A stretch of DNA of 64,000 nt from the human T2T-CHM13v2.0 reference genome, Homo sapiens, in NCBI RefSeq assembly GCF_009914755.1, contig NC_060933.1, one strand, 5' to 3'. A model generated the notes under the pieces. The model had not been told where the DNA came from, did no database searches, and saw only the letters and a program-made list of their open reading frames with translations. Made by a program: the position numbers and the translations under genes. Of the stretch, positions 1-16,052 are shown piece by piece. Position 1 is the first letter of the stretch; every line of letters starts with the position of its first letter.

Positions 1-3243
<3,243 letters not shown>

Positions 3244-5615
3244 AGTAAATTGCTGAAAAAAAGATATACCATACAAACGTATGCATAGAAAAGATACAGT
3301 GGTTATATTAATATCACATAAAATATATTGCAAAATAAAATGTGCTAACTGAGAATAAATGGAACACTTTACAATGACAAAAATCATTTCAAAGGGGTAT
3401 ATAACAAATTCTTATACACCATTAATAAAGTTTCAAAAGAAAAGAAGCAAAACTTGATGGAATTAAAGGGGGAAACAGACTATTCTAAAATCACAGATGA
3501 AGAATTTAACACTACTCTTTCAGCAATTGATAGAATAACTAGAAAAAAATCAAAAAGATCTAAACACCTCGACTAACCTTTTTGATGTTTGATATTCATA
3601 TAAGACTACACTCAACAATGGCAGAAGGTACATTTGTTTTCAGATGCACGAAGTACATTTACTAGGATAGACCATATAGTGAGCTTTAAACAAAAGTCTC
3701 AAATATAAAAATATTGAACTCATACATATTATGTTCTTTCATCATAGTAGAATTAAGCTAGAAATCAACATTGAGAGAGTAGAAAAATATAAATACCTGG
3801 AAATTAAACTGTACTCTTTTGAATAATTTTTGAGTCAAAAAATTACAGGAGGGGTTGAAAGTATTTTGAACTGACTTATAATGACAATCCAACAATAAAA
3901 GTTTGTGGGGTGCAGCTAATAGTACTAGAAAAATTCAGAACTTTAATGCTTGCAGTAGGAAAGAAAGGTCTTAAAACAATGGTCTAATCTTTTATCTAAG
4001 AATCTAGAAAAAGAAGCAAAAATTAAATCCAAAGAGCACAGAAGGGAAGTGTAGAAATCAATGAAATAAAAGTAGAAAAATATTAGATAATAGTCAATGA
4101 AACCAAAAGCTGATTCTTTGGGGGAAAAAATAATAAAATAGATACACTTTTAGCTGTACTGATCATGACAAAAATAAAAAAAATGCAGAAATTACAAATA
4201 TCAAGATAAAAACAGAGGACATTCCTGCAGCTCCTTCAGACATTGGAAGCAGAATAATGAAATATTACCATGTTATGTTAATGCATTTGGCAATCTAGAT
4301 AATATAAACAAATTATTTGAAAGGCACAAATAACCAAACTGACTCTAGAATAAATAAAAAAATTGAACAATCTATATCAACTAAATAAACTGATTTATAA
4401 TTGAAAAGCCTCCCTCACATAAAACTCCTGAGTTAGATGGCTTCATTGGTGAATTATATTAAACATGTATGGAAAAAAGTCCCAATCTTATACAAATTGC
4501 TTTCAGGAAACAAAGGAAGAGGGAACGCTTCCCAACATAATTTGTAAGTATAGTATTACTCTTATTTCAAAACCAAATAAAGACATCACAAAAAAATAGA
4601 CCTAAAACTAGTATCTCTCATAAACATAGAAGTATTTGCAAATAAAACCCAACAAGATATAAAAAGATAATATATCATGACCAAGTGGAGCTAATCTTGC
4701 AAGTTTGATAAAACATATGAAAATCAGTTATTATAATTTTACCATTCTAATAGAATGAAGGAGTGAAACTATATAATATTTCAATAGATGAAAAAAATTT
4801 TAAAAACTTGGACTAATTTTACACACTTTTGTAATACAAACTTTCAGCAAACTTGGAATAAAGGGAACATAGTCTGATTTATGACATCTGTGAAAAATCT
4901 ACCACTAACATCACACTCACTGGTAAAAGCCTTAATGAGTTCTGTCAAAGATCAGGAAGATTACTTTTATTTAATACAGTAGTGGAAGTCTTAGCCAGCT
5001 CGGTGAAGTAAGTAAAAGAGATAAAAGGCATACCATTTGGAAAAGAGGAAATATAAGTGTTTTAATTTGCAGATGACATAATCATGCGTGTAGAAAGACA
5101 TAGAGAATCCACAAAAAACTACTAACATAAAAATACTTAGGTATAAATTTTACAAATGATATGCAAGAATTGAATACTGAAACACTGTGAAGGGAAATTA
5201 GAGAGGACCTTAAAAATGGACACACACAGACACACACACACACACACGTATCTGTATATCCATGGATCATGTTCACAGACTGAAAGACTTAATATATTAA
5301 GATAGCAATCCTGCCCAAATTTACCAAGATATTTAATGCAATCCCAAGATACTTTTTTAAAACAAATAAATTGGGATACTGATTTAAAAGTTTATATGCA
5401 AAGATAAAGAACTAGAATAGCTTAGTTTTTTGAAAAAGAACAAAATTGGAGAACTTATACTATTGAATTTCAAAATTTTCTATAAAGCTAAAGTAATCAA
5501 AAACTGGTATTGGCATACAAATTGATATGTAGATCATGGAGCAATATAGAGTCTGAAAATAGATGCATACTTATATGGCAAATTGATTTTCAACAGATGT
5601 GCCAAGCTATTTTGA
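3244..5615 (+). mobile_element. Ancient LINE-1 (L1M) ORF2 remnant, endonuclease to RT region
   Basis: A-rich, degraded similarity to L1 ORF2 (gatggcttcattggtgaatt, tttgcagatgacataatc = FADD region); interrupted at left by the younger L1PA. Confidence 0.8.
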
Positions 5616-5632
5616 ACACTTAAATTATTATA

Positions 5633-6025
5633 TGTATTAAGCTAGAGTAGGTTAGAATGCAGTAACAAATGAACTGCCAACTTCAGTGGCTTAAACAAGA
5701 ATTACATTTCTTGTCTGAGATGGGTATTTGGATTTGTAAGGTAGCTCTCCTCCACAGGAAAATTCAGGGACCCAGGCCAATGGTGGCTCTGAAATTTTCA
5801 ACATACTGCTTCCAAGATCCCTCTGAACATTACTGTAGACTTCATATGAAAGGGGAAAGACCATGTATATGAGGGGCCAGATGTGTATGTTCTTTATAAG
5901 CCAGAGCTAGACCTCAGTTACATGGTTATACTCAGCTCCAGTGGAGGCTAGGATATGTAGTTAAGCTGTATGCCTAGGATGAATAAAAAGCATATTTTGG
6001 TGAAGAGCTAATAGTCTTTGGTACA
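5633..6025 (-). mobile_element. Old MaLR LTR (MLT1J/K-like)
   Basis: gcagtaacaaa...cttcagtggcttaaacaa...attcagggacccagg pattern recalled from old MLT1 LTRs. Confidence 0.5.
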
Positions 6026-6746
6026 GTATTGAAGAGTATGCAATATAAGTAAATGGACAGTGTAAATTGAAGAAATATATAAATGACAAATGAATAACAG
6101 CTATGTCAATAATTGCAACAGTCTTCATTGGACGTATGCCAATATAATTCTGGAGACATTGCTACCAAGGGAGATGATTACCAACCTAGTGAAGATGAGA
6201 ATGATAGAATACAGTATTACCCAATGAACCTGCATCTAATGCAATATTCCTTTTATTTTCTTCCTAGGTCCTAATCCTAGAAGGTGTATGTCATATGCAA
6301 TACACATAGGCAGCGTAACTGATTATGAAGATGTGATCATGGTATCTTGAAGGAAACTGTCAGGCTACAAGTTATATAGCCATCAGTTATGCAATTGACT
6401 CCTGAATAGATACTGTCTTTGATGACCTGTTTGTGGAGGGCCTAATATTACCATGTATCTGAATGTATCAAGTACTACTTCTAAAGCATGGTTAGTGCTA
6501 ATTTCAGTTAGTGCTTGTGAATGAATAAATCAGACAGACATTGCTATTAGTACTCTTGTTATTTTTTTCCCAAATTCGCAAAGTGAGAAATTACTTTACA
6601 TGAGGAGAACCTACTTTCTGTTTTACTACTTCTGTTTGTAAGAGGAAAAGAAATTAAGTTCTGAAAAATCCCAAAATATTATGAAAATACAAAGGCAAAA
6701 TAAATCCTGGAGACCTGGTAATAATTAATGATGTCATGTATCTTCT

Positions 6747-6748
<2 letters not shown>

Positions 6749-6798
<50 letters not shown>
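6749..6798. repeat. (GT)25 microsatellite
   Basis: Perfect dinucleotide run seen directly. Confidence 0.99.
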
Positions 6799-6801
<3 letters not shown>

Positions 6802-7159
6802 GATGGCCAAGTGAGAAAAAACAGAGAAATTCCAGGTTATGTCAAGGGAGACATTAGATCATAAATTCTTATTGTTGCAAAATGATATCATCAATTCTTA
6901 TTGAAAAATGAAAAATGGTAACAGAGCACCTTCTAATGCCTGATTTCTATTCAAATCTCAGGTGTAATACTTGGAAAAAAATCTTGAAGAGGCTGCAAAA
7001 ATCTAAGAAAGCACTGCCTGAGTTGTCCTAGTTTACAGATGGCATGGTTGAGATAAAGCAGTCTCGTTTCTAAAATCTTCAAAGGGCCATGGATATAAAG
7101 AAGGTAATACAGGAGTCTGCTATGACTCACTTTCCTAATATGGGAAGTTCAAGAAAAAA

Positions 7160-7360
7160 AATTTTATCAAGCATCTATGTGTGTCAGAAAATGTGCTTGC
7201 AGCTTTGTGTGTATTTTTACTTAGTACCCTTCAAACCAACATGCAAATGAGAAATTACCTCTCATTTTAAAGCGCAAACATTAAGGCTCAGACAAGCCTA
7301 AATAATTTGATTGCTGGGATTCTATTTGCAGATTTGCCTGATTCCAAATCCCAGTTTATT
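7160..7360 (-). mobile_element. MIR SINE remnant
   Basis: ctcattttaaagcgcaaacattaaggctcaga resembles the MIR core. Confidence 0.5.
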
Positions 7361-8012
7361 CTATCAAAATCTCAATAGAATAAAAAACAGTTGGTTATTT
7401 GTATCTACTTTCCCATGGAATAGGGACAAGCCTTCCCTTTCTATGAGGCTAGCTCCAACTTAAATAGAAAGCTTTTCCACTCCTGCCTAGCCGTTCCTTA
7501 ACTTTCCCTTTGTTCTTAACCATGGCTGCTTTCACACAGGCTTTGCCTCCACAGAAGTTGACAAGAGTTGGGTAGAAGCTGTTCTCTTTAGCTGTGACAG
7601 AAACTCTTCAGATGCCAGAGTCTCCACTCCTCCCTATTACTTTTTGCCATGGTTGCTGAGTGCTTATGGCTCTTAATCAGCCTGCTTCTACCATTGCTTC
7701 TCTCATAAAAGAGTTAAGAGAGCTCTGAGATATTTATTGTTCCCTTGTTCCTATCAGAAGTAGGAAATAAAATGCAGGCTGAGGGAGCCAACCATTCCAC
7801 TGAGCTGGCCTCACTCATTTATGATATCTGCCTGCCCTGGAGGCATTTGAGTTTTGGATTCCTGGAATAGAGATATTCTGTGAGCCTTTCAAAGTGACAA
7901 CTAGCTTTGTCTGATAAACTTATCTCTATTAATATGATGAGGCGGGGAATCCTCTCTGCCATGTTTTATCTGAGTGTCTTCTTTTTCTCTACATTTCGTG
8001 TTTGTTTTCTAA

Positions 8013-8208
8013 AGTAGTAGTCTCCAAATAGTGGATCAGCTAGACTGACTGCATCCAGACATCTGGAAAACTGGTTAAAAATTTAGATGGATTCCCTAAG
8101 CCCTGGCTATAGAGATTCTGATTCAGTAGGTCTAGGATAGGGTCTGGGAAAACGTTTCTTAAAAAACTTTCCAGGCAAATCCGATGGGCAGTCATGTTTC
8201 GGAAGAAC
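8013..8208. mobile_element. MER5-type hAT-Charlie DNA transposon fossil
   Basis: agagattctgattcagtaggtctaggatagggtctggga hallmark; ~190 bp. Confidence 0.75.
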
Positions 8209-8519
8209 AGACAAAGGAACAACTCTTCACGGAAGTGTACTTCAGGACAGGTAGAAGATGAGCGTGGAAGAACATTTAGGGGAGGCCAGGAGTCACAGTT
8301 GCCACAGGAATTCCATTTGCCCGAACTGCCAGACATGTGGAATGAACACTAATGATCAGTTCCATATGATAGAAATCATGGTTATTCTACCTTGCCATCC
8401 CACACACACTCTGGGCTAGTTAAGGCTCTGTTTCTACAAACTCTAAGAAAACACAGATTCTGGTGGCTTACAGAGAAATAACAGCTTCCAAAAGCACTCA
8501 TCTTATAGACAGGGACTAC

Positions 8520-8812
8520 TCTCTCTCTCTTTCTTTCTTTTCTTTTCTTTCTTTCTTTTTTTGAAACAGAGTCTCGCTCTGTTGTTCAGGCAATCTCAGC
8601 TCACTGCAACATTCGCCTCCCCGGTTCCAGTGATTCTCATACCTCAGCCTCCCGAGTAGCTAGGATTACAGGTGTGGGCCACTACACCCGGCTAATTTTT
8701 TGTATTTTTGTTATGTGGGCTAGGCTGGTCTCAAACTCCTGGCCTCAAGTGATCTGCCTGCCTTGGCTTCCCAAAGTGCTGGGATTACAGGAGTGAACCA
8801 CTGGGCCTGGCC
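8520..8812 (-). mobile_element. Alu (S/J) with two short internal deletions and a (CT)/(CTTT) tail
   Basis: Reverse Alu sequence; lacks ~16 nt after gttcaggc and ~17 nt after tgtattttt relative to consensus. Confidence 0.95.
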
Positions 8813-9385
8813 CTCTTTTTTTATAATTATTTTTCTTTTTTACTATATTTGCTTTAACAAACTACACATATAGAGACAGTAGATAGTAGATAAATTCATA
8901 TTAATGCATAATTTCTGAAGATTTTGCTTTGTATTTTTCAACTGCAGTTGGCGTTCATTTAGTACTGAATTTTAGATATGTATGATCTTGGTAGTGTTCT
9001 AGATTAGATACAGTAACTATAAATAAAGCTTAACTGAGACTATAATTAAGATATTTAGTTAATATTTAGAGTTAATTATATCCACTTAAGATTTTCACAT
9101 TCCCCCAGTTAATATGTTATATATAGCTAAAAATACAAAACACTCATTTGAACTTGTACTTCACTGCCAGATCCAGCAGCAACAATAAAAAATAAATTAT
9201 ATGAGCTACCTGGGAAAGGGATTTGGCTGAGGTTGAGTTGAAAAGGTAAAGCTCTAGGTATTAATTTTCACCCTGAGTGAATACTTGACTGATGGTTGGC
9301 ATGCAGGACATCTGTATGAGTAAAGCTTTTGAACAAAGAATTTCATTTGGTTAGGTTGAGATGGTCACGGTTTTGGTGTTGCCTC

Positions 9386-9409
9386 TTTTTTTTTTTTTTT
9401 TTTTTTTTT
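9386..9409. repeat. Poly(T)24 not attached to a recognisable repeat
   Basis: Seen directly. Confidence 0.95.
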
Positions 9410-10969
9410 GAGCCAATGGTACCCAGGAGAAAAAAGCACAGTAGTTAAAAGGAATGGAGGTTTTAAGTCGTCACTTTCAAGTGTGGACTATTCCATTCTG
9501 ATCCAAGGTGTACCTCTCTTTCATCTTGGGGTAAATCCCAGTGAATTGAAAAGAAAGACAGCCACATCAGATCTAGGCCAGGCTCCCTCAAGAAGCAGTC
9601 ATTCAAAGCTCACTTTCAGGTCCAAGGTTGTGACTTTCCTGGCTTTTGCCCTGTAGTGTTGCCTTTCTGTGTCTTGCAAAATGGCTTACCACAGAGTACA
9701 TTTATCACATAAGAGAGACAAATTGCAGAGCCAGGGAAGTGAATTTCATTAAGCTGAAAAGCTTTCTCTATATTATGACTTTGACTACTGGTTTACAGTA
9801 ACTCATCCACCTAAAATAATTTGAGACTCAGAATTCACCCATGGAACGGCTTTACTTATTTCCTTATATACTCCCCCAACTCAATTTCTTACCCTACTTT
9901 CTGACACATTTTGAATCACCTCTGTCAACTGTATCACCAAATTTCTTAGCGAGTAGATATTTAAATAATTCTATTTTAGTAGCTCTCAGAATACACCTGA
10001 AGTGGATGATAAGGTAGAACCTCGTGGCCATACAGGGCACCAAATGCATGAGAAATGTGAGGAAAGTTGTCCCAGGGTCAAATCCTGGCCAGAGGTGAAA
10101 ATGTGCTTAGCTTATACAAAGAATAGTACCAATTTATCATCCTTTGATGGGTGTCATGGGAATAAACATGAGTGAGTTTGTATTGTGCCGATGTGCATGG
10201 CCTCAGCCAGGAATGTTGTCCATTTGCAATAGGGATATTTACAGACTCATTCCAAGACACAGGAGTGTTGACAGAGAGCTCTGGGTGAAGTATAGTGTAA
10301 AAGACCATTGGGAAGTTTTCTGTCACCATAGTTAGGGGATTTCATCTACAACCCAAGAGTCCATTTCTTCAGATGAGTATAAGCAATGAATGTTGCTTAT
10401 ACCCTCTGGCCCATTTCATTCTTCTTTGCTGTTTTTGTTGCCTGTTCAGGTATGCTTCCCCAGACATATGTGAGTATTACATAGACATATGTCTTGATAC
10501 CAACATCCATCTAGAAAGTTATACTTTGATAACTCTAAAACTTTATCCTTTGCCATTTAGACTTTGAATTTGAAGATTAAAAAGGCTTGTCTTGTCAAAA
10601 TAGTGCGGTCTAAATGAGAAAGGGTGTTAAATTAGAATTTTCAGTCATTCTGACATTCATCATCATTCCAATGCTATAGTGGTAGTTGCAAAAGTACCAA
10701 TTTTACACAAGAAAAGGGAATTCCTTGACTAACCTCTAAACAGAATCTTATTTTCTATCTAAAATTACATAGCCACAGTGTTACACTTAAAGCATCAAGG
10801 GCCTCCAAAATCAGTAATCATCCTAACTCCTCACTTTGCCCTTCACTTAATGTAAGTCTCTGTTTCTTCTCCTGCCATTACTTAAGTGCATTTCTATTCT
10901 CTTACTTTCCTTTTATTAATTCAGTCCACCAGGATTTTGGCATAGGGTCAGAGATAGATGTATAAACAA

Positions 10970-11075
10970 TTCCATTCAATTCCATTACCCAACAAGCATT
11001 CCCCAAGTGACTATTTTGTGCCAACTTTTGTGCTAAGCACTCTAGTCAGTATAAAAGTGAAGAATCATGGCCCAG
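10970..11075 (-). mobile_element. L2 3'-end remnant
   Basis: ccattcaa...caacaagcatt...tattttgtgcca...tgtgctaagcac pattern. Confidence 0.45.
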
Positions 11076-12515
11076 ATTTTATTTTACTAAGGAGTCTCAA
11101 GAGATGCTTTAAACTCTTAGTCAGATGATCAACAACATTTACTGGGCATTTGTGGCTTATAGGACCTGGCTAGTTGCAGTTGTAAAGCATAGATTCCAAA
11201 TACTTCTTCTAATTTCTTGGATACTCATAAGACCTTTTTTATTCCATCAAATGTTTGCAACCAAGTGATACAGACTGAGGGGATTGAGAGAAGCTAAATA
11301 AAAGCACCTGTTTCAGAATTTCATATGAATGCAGATATATAAAATATGTAGCTTTACTCATTATAGGGACAACTCAGCCACGTAGCCATCATCAGCCATC
11401 AGCCCATTCTTTACATTCTTTTTGCATTGTTCTCCATACTAGTGACAATATGTTTGCATTTGTTTATCCAGGCTCACTGACCTGGCCATGAAAAGGGCCA
11501 TTTTTTTTAAGATATCTTGGTGACAGAGAGGGCACTAAAATCAGAGTTGAATTTGAGGACTAGGCTCCACACATGCCATTCTCTTTTTGATCAAGCCAAA
11601 CAGTCACTTGGGGCACAAACAAGATATCTAATTGTATGTCAAGATAGGATAATATAAAAGTATAATAGGATGATGAGAGATACTTACTCAGATTTTCTTA
11701 TAGAATACTGAGGAGTGAAGAGATGACAGTAGAAGTGGGTAACCTGCAGGGAGCAAAGCTATTAAACTCCCCAAGCCTGAGTTAAAAAGAATGTCTGGTT
11801 CTTATCTGAGACTCCCACTCTTAATTCCTGTTGTGAGTGGAATTAAACTAGTTTGCTGGTCTTTGACAATGGGAGCAATAAGTAGGGGGCCATAGGAGTG
11901 TGAGAAAGGTATTCATGAAAAGGGGAAAGCATTCAACTGGTCTCCCTCCTTCAATCAAATGAAATTTGGGGTTCGTAAGCAAGATAAAATGTTCACAAAG
12001 TTTGTGGGTATTTGCGCCGAGAGGAGACTGCCAGTCATTCCTCCATTGGCTGGCCACCATGATATCACTCTTGCTGATGTGTCCTGATGCTATAGAGTGG
12101 GGAAGAAAACATCGCACAGAAACAGAATAGTGAAGTGACCAGGCAGAGTATCAAGGCTCACTTTCTTGAGTGTTTGGTTCCTGAAAATGATGGAAAGTGG
12201 ATCTTACCGCATTCTAGGTTTCCCAATTGGAGCAATAGAGGGGAAAAGAGAAGGGCCACTGCAGCTTGGTGGGATCACTCTAGTATCGGGCAGAGAGGAA
12301 AGGAGAGTCATGTCAGTATCCGAAGTGAACTGGAAAGTGCAGAATATCTCAAGAGATTATTAATATTGTGGTTTGCTGCATGGGATTGAGTCCCTTGTCA
12401 AAGGCTCTTTTGAGGCCTCTGGGTGCCACCTTAGAAGGACATAACAGGCTAGATAAGCAGTGGCAACCAGCAGAAAGGGGAGAGCTACTTGTGCCTCTAA
12501 GCCATGGTGACTTAG

Positions 12516-12958
12516 GTATATTGGATTTCTATTGCTGCTGTGACAAATTACCACAAACTCTGTTTAGGGCAACACAAATTTATTCTCTTATAGTTTTAGA
12601 GGACAGAAGTTCAAAATGAGTCTTAGGGGCCTAAAATAAAGGTATCAACAGGGTTGGCTTCTTCTGGAAGATCCAGGAGAGAACCCCTCCCTTATTGCTT
12701 TCCACACCTAGGGACTGGCCCATGGCTGCATGACTCCAACCTTTGACATTGTTGCATGGTGTTCTGCTGACCTTGTAGTTGCCTGTGTCTCTCTTATAAG
12801 AACCTTTATGATTATATCGGGCCCATCTGAATAATCCAGGGTAGTCTCCTCATCTCAATCCTTTACTTAATCACATCTGCAAAGTCCCTTTGGCCTTCTA
12901 AAGAAAAATGCACATATTTCAAATGTGGACATCATTGGGAGGCCAATATACAACCTTC
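12516..12958 (-). mobile_element. MaLR LTR (MLT1C-like)
   Basis: ctattgctgctgtgacaaattaccacaaac ... taatcacatctgcaaagtcccttt. Confidence 0.85.
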
Positions 12959-13734
12959 TCTGTCAAGTGAGGGAGCACATTAGTGGCAAACAAAGAAGCC
13001 TCCCAGTCACTCTGCTCTCCATAACCCTCTCCCCTTTTCTCTTCTCTGCTCTAACAGGAGAAACAGAGGCAAAGTGTTGTAACAGTACTTTTTCTAGTTA
13101 AATTATCTGGAGCCGCTAGCCTACGGTAGGTGTTGAAAGGCACTGAATCAAATAAGAGAGTGAAATATTAATTGTTTTTTAATTTTAATTTTATTTTAGA
13201 TTCATGAGACACATATACAGGTTTGTTACATGAGTATATTGCATGATGCTGAGGTTTTGGCTTCTGATTATCCTGTCGTCCATGTAGTGAACATAGTATT
13301 TGATAGTCAGCTTTTTGACCCCTGCCCTCCTCCCTCCCCTCTTTTGGAATCCCCAGTGTCTATTGTTTCCATCTTTGTGTCTGTGTGTACCCAATGTTTA
13401 GCTCCTACTTATAACTGAGAACATGTGGTATTTTGTTTTGTTTTTTCTAGGTTAATTTGCCTAGGATAATGGCCTTCAGCTGCATCCATGTTGCTGCAAA
13501 GGACGTGATGTTATTCTTTTCGTAACTGCATAGTATTCCATGGTGCCTATGTACCACATTTTCGTTATCCAGTGCACCATTGATGAGCACCTGGGTTGAT
13601 CCCCTGTCTTTGCTGTTGTGAATAATTGCTGTGATAAACATATGAGTGCGGGTATCTTTTTGGAAGAATAATGTATTTTCCTTTGCAGACATACTGAGTA
13701 ATGGGATAGTTGAGTTGAATGATAATTCTGTTTT

Positions 13735-14027
13735 TATTTATTTTTTTGGATGGAGACTTGCTCTGTCACCCAGACTGGAGTGCAGTGGTATGATCTTGGC
13801 TGACTGCAGCCTCTGCCTCCTGGGTTCAAGCAATTATCGTGCCTCAGCCTCCCAAGTAGCTGGGATTATAGGTGCATGCCACCATGCCCAGCTAGTTTTT
13901 GTATTTTTAGTAGAGACAAGGTTTCCCCATGTTGGCTAGGCTTGTCTTGAACTCCTGACCTCAGGTGATCTGCTCACTTTGGCCTCCCAAAGTTTGGGAT
14001 TACAGGCGTGAGCCACGATGCCCAGCC
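13735..14027 (-). mobile_element. AluS (Sx-like) nested in L1
   Basis: Full dimer; TSD taattctgtttt (13723-13734) / tagttctgtttt (14028-14039). Confidence 0.96.
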
Positions 14028-16052
14028 TAGTTCTGTTTTCAGTTATTTGAGGAATCTCCAAACTGCTTTCCACAGTGGTTGAACTAATTTGCATTCCCAC
14101 CAACAATTTTTAAGCATTCTTTTTTCTCCATAACCTGTCCAACATCTGTTATTTTTTGACTTTTTATTACTAGCCATTCTGACTAATGTGAGATGGTATC
14201 TCATTGTGGTTTTGATTTGCATCTCTGTGATGATTAGTGATGTTGACTATTTGTTCATATGCTATTGGCTTCTTGTATTTCTTCTTTTGAGAGTGTTCAT
14301 GTTCTTTGCCCATTTTTTAATGGAATTATTTGTTTTATTCTTGTTGACTTGTTTAAATTATTTATAGGCTCTGGATATTAGTCTTTTGTTGGATGCATAG
14401 TTTGCAAATATTTTATCCCACTCTGTAGGTTCTCTGTTTACTCTGTTCATAATTTATTTTGCTGTGCAGAAGCTCTTTTGTATAATTAGGTATCATTTGT
14501 CAATTTTTAGTTTTGTTGTAATTGCTTTTGAGGACTTTAGTCATAAATTCTTTGCATAGGCCAATGTCTAGTAGAATATTTCATAGGTTTTATTCTGGGA
14601 TTCTAAGTCTTACCTTTAAACCTAATCCATCTTAAGTTTTGTATATGGTGAGAAGTAAGCGTCCAGTTTTATTCTTCTGCATTTGATTAGTCAGTTTTTC
14701 CAGCACCATTTATTGAATAGGGAGTTCTTTCCCTGTTGTTTATTTTTGTCTACTTTGTCAAGGATCAGATAGTTGTAGGTGTGAGTCTTTATTTGAGGGG
14801 TCTCTGTTCTGTTCTATTGTTCTATGTGTCTGTTTTGTACCAGTGCCATGCTGTTTTCATTACTACAGTCTTATAGCATAGTTTGAAGTCAGGTAATATT
14901 ATGCCTCTCATTTTGTTATTTTGCTTAGGGTTGCCTTGGCTATTCAAGCTCTTTCATGGTTCCATATAAATATTAGAATAGGTTTTTCCTAATTCTGTGA
15001 AAAATAACATTGGTAATTTGATAGCAATAGTGCTGAATCTAGATTATTTTTGGCAGTATGGATATGATATTGATTCTTCTAATCCACGAGCATGGAATGC
15101 CTTTCCATTTGTGTCATCCATCATTTCTTTCAGCAATCTTTTGTAGTTCTTTTAGACATCTTTCACCCCTCTGGTTAGATTTATTCCTAGAGTTTTTTTT
15201 TTTTTTTGTGGCTATTGTAAATAGGATTGTATTCTTGATTTGGTTCTCAGGTTGAATGTTATGAGTGTACAGAAATGCAGCTTATTTTTGTACATGATTT
15301 TGTATCCTGAGACTTTGCTGAAGTTGTTTATCACCTCCAGGAGTTACCTGGCAGAATATTTAGGGTTTTCAAAGTTTAGAATCAGTAAAGAGAGATATTT
15401 TGACTTCCTCTTTTTCTATTTGGATGACTTGTATTTCTTTCTCTTGCCTGATTGCAATGGCTAGGACTTCTAGTACTAGGTTGAATGGGAGTGGTAAGAG
15501 TGGACATCCTTGTCTTGTTCCATTTCTTAGGGGGAGTGCTTCCAACTTTTGCCTGTTCAGTATAATGTTGGCTGTGGATTTGTCATAGATGGCTTTTACT
15601 ATTTTGAGGTATTGTCCCTCAATATCTAGTTTGTTGTAGTTTTTTATTATAAAGGGATATTAGATTTTATCAAACGCATTTTCTGCATCTATTGAGATAA
15701 TTATATGGTTTTGTTTTTCATTCTGTTTATGTGGTGAATTGCACTTATTTATTTGCGTATGTTAAACCATCTTTCCATCTGATGACTAAAGCCTACTCAA
15801 TAGTGGTGAATTGACTTTTTTATGGGCCACTGGTTTCTGTTTGCTAGTATTTTGTTGAGGATTTTGCACCTATATTAATCAGGGATATTGGCCTGTAGTT
15901 TTTGTTGTTGTTGTTGTTGTTGTTATGTGTTTTCCAGATTTTGGTATTAGGATGATACTAATTCATAGAATGAGTTAGGGAGGAATCGCTCCTCCTCTAT
16001 TTTTTAGAATAATTTCAGTAAGATTGGTATCAGGTTTTCTTTGTATGTCTGA

